Shown here one piece after another: positions 26,164 through 32,000 of a stretch of 32,000 bases of DNA (position 1 is its first letter; every line of letters starts with the position of its first letter). The stretch is taken from positions 1-32,000 of the forward strand of contig NZ_MPKA01000139.1 of the NCBI RefSeq assembly GCF_001945605.1, given 5' to 3'. Position numbers and translations under genes: made by a program. The notes beneath the pieces are model-generated. The model saw only the letters and a program-made list of their open reading frames with translations. It searched no databases and was not told where the DNA came from. This DNA is from Dubosiella newyorkensis (GTDB lineage Bacteria; Bacillota_I; Bacilli_A; Erysipelotrichales; Erysipelotrichaceae).

Positions 26164-26195
26164 GAGCGAAAGATTTCGCTTCTTTTCTTTTTTTC
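26163..26195 (+). terminator. rho-independent terminator of the GRE operon
   Basis: GGAGCGAA-agat-TTCGCTTC followed by TTTTCTTTTTTT. Confidence 0.75.
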
Positions 26196-26219
26196 GGTAT
26201 TCTAAAAAAGGGTGTTTTT

Positions 26220-26435
26220 ATGGACCAAGAACAACAAGCGATCGTTTTGTGTCAAAAAAATGAAGGAAAGAAATTTCTTTGGAAAGAACAAGAAGGAGTA
26301 TTCGAGATCGTGGAGGACTGCAATTGTTGCGGAGCGAGCAATAATGTCTTGTTCTGTTTTCAAAGCGAGACGAAACGAACGATGCTAGACGCGGGAATGC
26401 TTTTGAAGGCTTTTCAAGAAAGCAAACCGCTCTAA
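26220..26435 (+). CDS. hypothetical small protein (71 aa, contains CNCCG)
   Basis: ORF trimmed to the first ATG downstream of the terminator. Weak RBS and no recognisable motif. Confidence 0.35.
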   Translation: MDQEQQAIVLCQKNEGKKFLWKEQEGVFEIVEDCNCCGASNNVLFCFQSETKRTMLDAGMLLKAFQESKPL

Positions 26436-26702
26436 AAATTAAAATGTATTATTTTTTATAATACTAAGGGACGGAATGAACGATAAAATCGGGGCGGTAA
26501 AAAAGTTGTAAATTTTATGTTGCATTTCACTGTCTTTTTGATTGTTATATTTGTATTATGAGAATGTAAAGTAACAAGGCACATCAAGAGCCCAACTCAG
26601 ACCTGAATTTATAGATTAAAACATTGAAAATGAAAGGTTAAAGCATTCCAGAACCAGGCCGAGGATCACAAAGACTTTACGTTTGGAATGTAGGTAATTA
26701 TC

Positions 26703-26963
26703 ATGACAAAAGATGAATTCAAAAAAGTATTGACTGACGCTATCGGTGGATCTGCATATGGTGATGAAGTAATCGCTGATTTAGTAGCAAACTTCGGTGA
26801 AGAAGGAAAATATGCGCAAAATGCTAAAGACCGCCTTGATGATCGTCTAGGAACACTTAAAGGTTGGGAAAAGAAACATCGTGAAGAAGGCGACGCAGCA
26901 AAAGCTGATGAAGAAGCCGCTAAGATCGCGATCGTAGAAAAAGCTTTGAAAGCAATCGCTTAA
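26703..26963 (+). CDS. hypothetical small charged helical protein (86 aa) with codon usage resembling highly expressed genes
   Basis: Clean ORF with its own strong terminator. Ala GCT/GCA, Gly GGT and Arg CGT predominate, as in eno, unlike the bulk genes in the window. Confidence 0.6.
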   Translation: MTKDEFKKVLTDAIGGSAYGDEVIADLVANFGEEGKYAQNAKDRLDDRLGTLKGWEKKHREEGDAAKADEEAAKIAIVEKALKAIA

Positions 26964-26984
26964 TTTGTTTATTCATTGAAAGAG

Positions 26985-27009
26985 AAAGACCGAGTGATCG
27001 GTCTTTTTT
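26985..27009 (+). terminator. rho-independent terminator
   Basis: AAAGACCGA-gtga-TCGGTCTTT, the 3-prime arm running into a T-run that ends at 27009. Confidence 0.85.
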
Positions 27010-27025
27010 CGTGACAGTTTCCTGT

Positions 27026-27054
27026 TTGACATTCAAGTTAGTCTTATCTAAAAT
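27026..27054 (+). promoter_or_regulatory. near-consensus promoter TTGACA-17-TAAAAT
   Basis: -35 at 27026-27031 and -10 at 27049-27054. The track GTG start (27011) is upstream of it. Confidence 0.7.
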
Positions 27055-27085
27055 TAGAAATATGAATACAGAAAAAAAAGGAAAG

Positions 27086-27466
27086 ATGAAAGAGCATCTT
27101 GGAGAATCGCTCGAAGATTATCTTGAAGCGATTCTTGTCTTATCGAATCAGCTTGCTCAAGTGCGGAGCGTCGATGTGGCGAGCTATTTAGGATTTTCGA
27201 AGCCAAGCGTCTCGCATGCCGTCAAGATCATGAACGAGCAGGGCTTGATTCAATTGGATAAGAATAAATGCTTATATTTAAGCGAACATGGAGAAGAGGT
27301 CGCGAAACGCACCTATCGGCGACATGTCTTCTTTTCCGAAATGCTTCAGCAAATTGGCGTTCCAAAAGAAATCGCCCAAGAAGATGCGTGCCGCATCGAA
27401 CATGTGATTTCGGAGGAAACATTCGAGGCGATCCAAAAGTATTATGAAGAACATGAAGCCCGCTAG
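27086..27466 (+). CDS. DtxR/MntR-family metal-dependent transcriptional repressor
   Basis: SLEDYLEAILVL....A.VRSVDVASYLGFSKPSVSHAVKIM.EQGLI........L.LSEHGEEVAKRTYRRH.F....L..IGV......EDACRIEHVIS aligns with B. subtilis MntR from memory. ATG 27086 has a close AGGA. ATG 27062 would be essentially leaderless from the mapped -10 and cannot be excluded. Confidence 0.8.
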   Translation: MKEHLGESLEDYLEAILVLSNQLAQVRSVDVASYLGFSKPSVSHAVKIMNEQGLIQLDKNKCLYLSEHGEEVAKRTYRRHVFFSEMLQQIGVPKEIAQEDACRIEHVISEETFEAIQKYYEEHEAR

Positions 27467-27480
27467 CCGGCTTCTTTTTT
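27455..27480 (+). terminator. weak hairpin + T6 overlapping the repressor stop codon (possible partial terminator)
   Basis: GAAGCC-cgctagcc-GGCTTC then TTTTTT. The TAG stop is in the loop, and the U32 RBS follows within 10 nt. Confidence 0.35.
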
Positions 27481-27497
27481 GTTTCAAGGAGGATATC

Positions 27498-29678
27498 ATG
27501 CAACCAGAAATATTAGCGCCCGTCGGCAGTCGTGAGTCGCTTGAAGCCGCTTTTGCGGCGGGGGCGAATGCTCTCTATTTTGGCTTGCCTCAATTTGGAG
27601 CGCGAGCGTACGCCAACCGATTTACATTGGAAGAAACAAAGGAGATCATCGAGCGCGCGCATTTAATGAATGTGAAAGTCTATATCACGATGAATACGAT
27701 CTTATTTGAAGATGAGATCGAAGAGGCGTACGAGCAAGCCAAAGCGCTCTATGAAATGAATGTGGACGCTTTGATCATTCAGGATCTTGGCTTGTTGCAC
27801 CTATTGCATCATCGACTTCCTGCTCTTGAACTGCACGCTTCGACGCAGCTTTCTGTATCGACCCCTGAACAGATCGAACAGCTTAAAAAACTAGGGGTCT
27901 CTCGAGTCGTTCTAGCTAGGGAGTGCACGATCGAACAAATCAAAGCGTGCGTACAAACTGGAATTGAGATCGAAGTCTTTATTCATGGCGCCTTATGCAT
28001 CTCCTATTCGGGACAATGTCAATTTTCGGCGCTTGAATATGGAAGAAGCGGCAATCGCGGCCAGTGCGCCCAGCCATGTAGGATGTCGTATACCCTTCTA
28101 GAAGATGGGAAGGAGAAAAAGAATGTCCCTTCTTTTTTGATCTCGCCAAAAGACCTTTCATTGATCCACGATCTAGAAGCGCTTCAAAAAATCGGGGTGG
28201 CTTCTTTAAAGATCGAAGGACGGATGAAATCGCCCGAATATGTGTACGAGACGGTGAAGGCGACCAAAAAGGCGCTCGAACACGAGACGATCACAAAAGA
28301 AGACGATCAAAAGCTTGAAGTCACTTTCAATCGAACATTCACAAAGGGGCATGCGTTCCATCAAACCGGTAAAGAGCTCATGGAAATGCAGGCGAGCAAT
28401 CATCACGGAATCAAGGTCGGCACAGTAATTGCTGTAAAAGGAAAAAAGATCACGATTCGTTTGATCGAAGATCTGCATCAAAACGATGGGATCCGCTTTG
28501 AAAAGGAAAATTGGAGCGAAGGATGTCATGTCAACTATATTTATAATAAGCAAGGAAAACTTGTAAATAGCGCTCTTAAAAATCAAACGATCACGATCGA
28601 TGGTCCACTTCATGTCAAAGTAGGAAACCATGTCAAAAAGACGGTGGACGCCAATCTTCAAGATGAGGTCAAATCCATCTTGAAAAGCTATCATCGTCAG
28701 ATCGAGATTGTTGGAAAAGTATCTTGCCAAGGGGTTGGTCATCCTCTTGTGCTCGAATTGAGCGATGGGAAGCATACAGTTCGAGTTCAAAGCCAGGAAA
28801 TGGCGCAATTGGCAAAATCGAAGGCGAGCGATCCACAAACGATCGAGAAACAAATGCGGAAGACCAACACTTCATGGGCTAGGTTTTCCCGCATCGAATA
28901 CGATGTGGCGGATGATGTGTTCTTTTCTCTCAAGGCGATGAACGCTCTTCGAAAAGAAGGATTGGACGCTTTAAAAGAGGCGCATTTGCGCTTTACGATC
29001 GAAAAAGAGCGGCCGTACACGTATTCTTTCACGATCCAAGATGCGCCAATGATCTTCGCCCAGATCGAAGAGGAGCACCAAAAAGGAAAAGAGGATGTCG
29101 TATGGATCGCGGAGCATGTGTCTGGCGCCAAGAAGCTTGCCCGTATTACAGAGGATGAAGGATTCGTGGTCCGCCATTTGGGCAAGGGGCCTATCATTTT
29201 CAATATGAATGTTTCGAATTCGTACGCGATCGCGGCGCTTATAGAGCTTGGGTATGAGAAAATTGGTGTCAGCGACGAATTGAGCAAAGAGCAGCTTCTT
29301 GAAATGATCGATGGCTTTAGGGCGCGCTATCATCAAATTCCTCCGATCGTTCCTTGTCTCTATCAAAAGAGGCGGCTGATGTTGATGAAGCATTGTCCGA
29401 TCAATACGCTTTTGAGCGATGGAAAGCGCATAGGGTGTCGGTTATGCCACGAGCATAACTATCTGTTGAAAGGAAAAGACAGGCGAACGTATTCTTTATT
29501 GGGAGATTCGGCGTGCAATATGCGGATCTTTTCACGGGAAGTGGAGGATCGTTTTGATTGGCTTCCTTCTTTGAGAAAAAGAGGAATCGACTCGTATTTA
29601 TGTATTTTTGTGGATGAGTCTAAGAAAACGATCGACTCGATTTTGAGGCGCTTATCCGATGAGATCGGCCTTGAATGA
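27498..29678 (+). CDS. long-form peptidase-U32-family protein (Fe-S type U32 fold; RlhA/TrhP/UbiU-V relatives)
   Basis: U32 signature EVFIHGALCISYSGQCQFS with the full CX6CX15CX3C Cys set; 727 aa with an extra Cys-containing C-terminal region. Start ATG 27498 with RBS AAGGAGGA. Confidence 0.85.
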   Translation: MQPEILAPVGSRESLEAAFAAGANALYFGLPQFGARAYANRFTLEETKEIIERAHLMNVKVYITMNTILFEDEIEEAYEQAKALYEMNVDALIIQDLGLLHLLHHRLPALELHASTQLSVSTPEQIEQLKKLGVSRVVLARECTIEQIKACVQTGIEIEVFIHGALCISYSGQCQFSALEYGRSGNRGQCAQPCRMSYTLLEDGKEKKNVPSFLISPKDLSLIHDLEALQKIGVASLKIEGRMKSPEYVYETVKATKKALEHETITKEDDQKLEVTFNRTFTKGHAFHQTGKELMEMQASNHHGIKVGTVIAVKGKKITIRLIEDLHQNDGIRFEKENWSEGCHVNYIYNKQGKLVNSALKNQTITIDGPLHVKVGNHVKKTVDANLQDEVKSILKSYHRQIEIVGKVSCQGVGHPLVLELSDGKHTVRVQSQEMAQLAKSKASDPQTIEKQMRKTNTSWARFSRIEYDVADDVFFSLKAMNALRKEGLDALKEAHLRFTIEKERPYTYSFTIQDAPMIFAQIEEEHQKGKEDVVWIAEHVSGAKKLARITEDEGFVVRHLGKGPIIFNMNVSNSYAIAALIELGYEKIGVSDELSKEQLLEMIDGFRARYHQIPPIVPCLYQKRRLMLMKHCPINTLLSDGKRIGCRLCHEHNYLLKGKDRRTYSLLGDSACNMRIFSREVEDRFDWLPSLRKRGIDSYLCIFVDESKKTIDSILRRLSDEIGLE

Positions 29679-29702
29679 AAGCGCTTGACATTCTAAAAAA
29701 CA

Positions 29703-31081
<1,379 letters not shown>

Positions 31082-31096
31082 GAATAAAATTTTCTA

Positions 31097-31123
31097 AGAG
31101 GCTCGAAAAGCCTCTTTTTTTTT
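31097..31123 (+). terminator. rho-independent terminator after eno
   Basis: AGAGGCT-cgaaa-AGCCTCT followed by a T-run of about 9. Confidence 0.85.
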
Positions 31124-31193
31124 GCAATTGACAAGCAAAAAACATATTTTAGTGGTTTAATGGAAAAGAATAAGTAAATATTGGAGGAAAAGT

Positions 31194-32000
31194 ATGGAAA
31201 GCTACCGTTATCTTCTCGATATTGCGATTATCTTGTTGTTCACCAAAGCATTTGGGATCTTCTCGAAAAAATTGAGGATGCCAAGTGTCGTGGGCGCTCT
31301 GATCGCGGGCATCGTATTAGGGCCTGCGGTTCTTCATATCGTAGAACCGAGCAATTTGATTTCTGCTCTTTCTGAAATTGGCGTCATCGTCCTGATGTTT
31401 TCTGCTGGTCTTGAAACGAGCATCACGGATTTAAAAAAAGCAGGGTTGAAAGCCTTTCTGATCGCTACTTTGGGTGTTTTTGTTCCATTGAGTGTTGGAT
31501 ATTTGATCGGCATGATCTATAATGTCGGACCTTCTGCATGGATCGAAAACTTGTTTATTGGTGTCATCTTTACCGCGACAAGTGTCGGCATCACAGTCGA
31601 GACGCTGAAGGAAATGCATTGCATGTCTACGGAGAGTGGCAATGTTATTTTGGCGGCTGCTGTGATCGATGATGTTCTTGGAATCATTTGCTTGACGCTC
31701 GTCACCGCCTTGGCGGATAGTTCTGTCGTGATCAGCACGGTCATGCTCAAGATCCTAGGCTTTTTTGTGTTCTCGATCGTGGTCGGTATCGCAATGCATA
31801 AAGTGTTCAAATGGTGGTTTAGTCATGATCCAAATCATGGTCTCCAACGGTATTCGATCGTATCGTTCGCGTTCGCTTTGATCATGGCGTATTGTGCGGA
31901 AGAGTTCTTTGGTGTCGCTGATATTACAGGAAGCTTTGTTGGTGGTCTGATCATTTCTGGAACGGCGCAATGTGAATATGTCACGAAGCGGATCGGGACT
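31194..32000 (+). CDS. cation:proton antiporter (CPA2, NapA/KefB-like), 5-prime partial; continues beyond the window
   Basis: My own translation from ATG 31194 (RBS GGAGGA) is open to the window end. It reads MESYRYLLDIAIILLFTKAFGIFSKKLRMPSVVGALIAGIVLGPAVL...LMFSAGLETS...AAAVIDDVLGII, the typical Na_H_Exchanger N-terminus. The ORF is absent from the track because it has no stop. Confidence 0.8.
   Translation, partial: MESYRYLLDIAIILLFTKAFGIFSKKLRMPSVVGALIAGIVLGPAVLHIVEPSNLISALSEIGVIVLMFSAGLETSITDLKKAGLKAFLIATLGVFVPLSVGYLIGMIYNVGPSAWIENLFIGVIFTATSVGITVETLKEMHCMSTESGNVILAAAVIDDVLGIICLTLVTALADSSVVISTVMLKILGFFVFSIVVGIAMHKVFKWWFSHDPNHGLQRYSIVSFAFALIMAYCAEEFFGVADITGSFVGGLIISGTAQCEYVTKRIGT

Noticed and set aside
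26133-26219. N-terminal extension of the 100-aa track ORF, overlapping the end of the NanE-like gene.
   Set aside because: The extension runs through the nanE-like stop codon region and the operon terminator hairpin (26163-26195). The ORF was trimmed to ATG 26220, and even that ORF is kept only at low confidence.
26517-26561. 14-codon hydrophobic mini-ORF (MLHFTVFLIVIFVL) in the long leader upstream of 26703, considered as a possible leader peptide or small toxin.
   Set aside because: There is no RBS in front of it, and it lies in AT-rich sequence where such frames arise by chance. It also overlaps the candidate promoter elements. It is worth noting only if ribosome profiling shows occupancy.
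31181-31375. 64-aa track ORF starting at TTG 31181.
   Set aside because: It is in a different frame from ATG 31194. That frame has a GGAGGA RBS and translates into an obvious CPA2 antiporter N-terminus that stays open to the window end. The 64-aa product has no membrane or other features.

Overview
This is a chromosomal, mostly housekeeping segment of a low-GC Gram-positive (Bacillota-type) genome. It opens with the last ~90 nt of a 5S rRNA (the end of an rrn operon) and its terminator. About 31 protein genes follow, most on the + strand. In order they are: a DUF1846/UPF0371 protein with two small translationally coupled ORFs; a Dabb-domain protein and the Nnr NAD(P)HX repair enzyme (minus strand); a MOP/MurJ-type flippase; MnmG; a DivIC/FtsB-like septation protein and an unknown ORF; an orphan OmpR-type winged-helix regulator; glycogen phosphorylase; Dxr; a secreted low-complexity surface protein; an RDD-membrane-domain::PHP phosphoesterase fusion; MetG; and a SAM-I-like riboswitch with MetK. 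Next comes a minus-strand block of two small membrane proteins, a membrane-anchored thioredoxin-like CxxC protein and an ECF-type S component. After it lie a four-gene glycyl-radical-enzyme (GRE) operon (GRE, activase, DeoR regulator, NanE-like epimerase), two small hypothetical proteins, a DtxR/MntR-family repressor with a long-form U32 protein, enolase, and the 5-prime part of a CPA2 cation:proton antiporter that runs off the window. I saw no tRNA, CRISPR array, transposase, integrase or phage genes. The best candidate for an undescribed system is the orphan GRE operon at 21.4-26.2 kb, which has none of the partner genes of characterised GREs. Secondary points are the RDD::PHP fusion with His-to-Arg changes at expected metal-ligand positions, a SAM-I-like riboswitch that appears to lack P4, a several-fold GATC excess in the sampled stretches, and a small protein with expression-optimised codon usage behind a 267-nt leader. 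Several longest-ORF starts in the supplied track lie inside or upstream of recognisable promoters and have been trimmed. All functional calls come from reading motifs in the translations by eye; no database search was possible.
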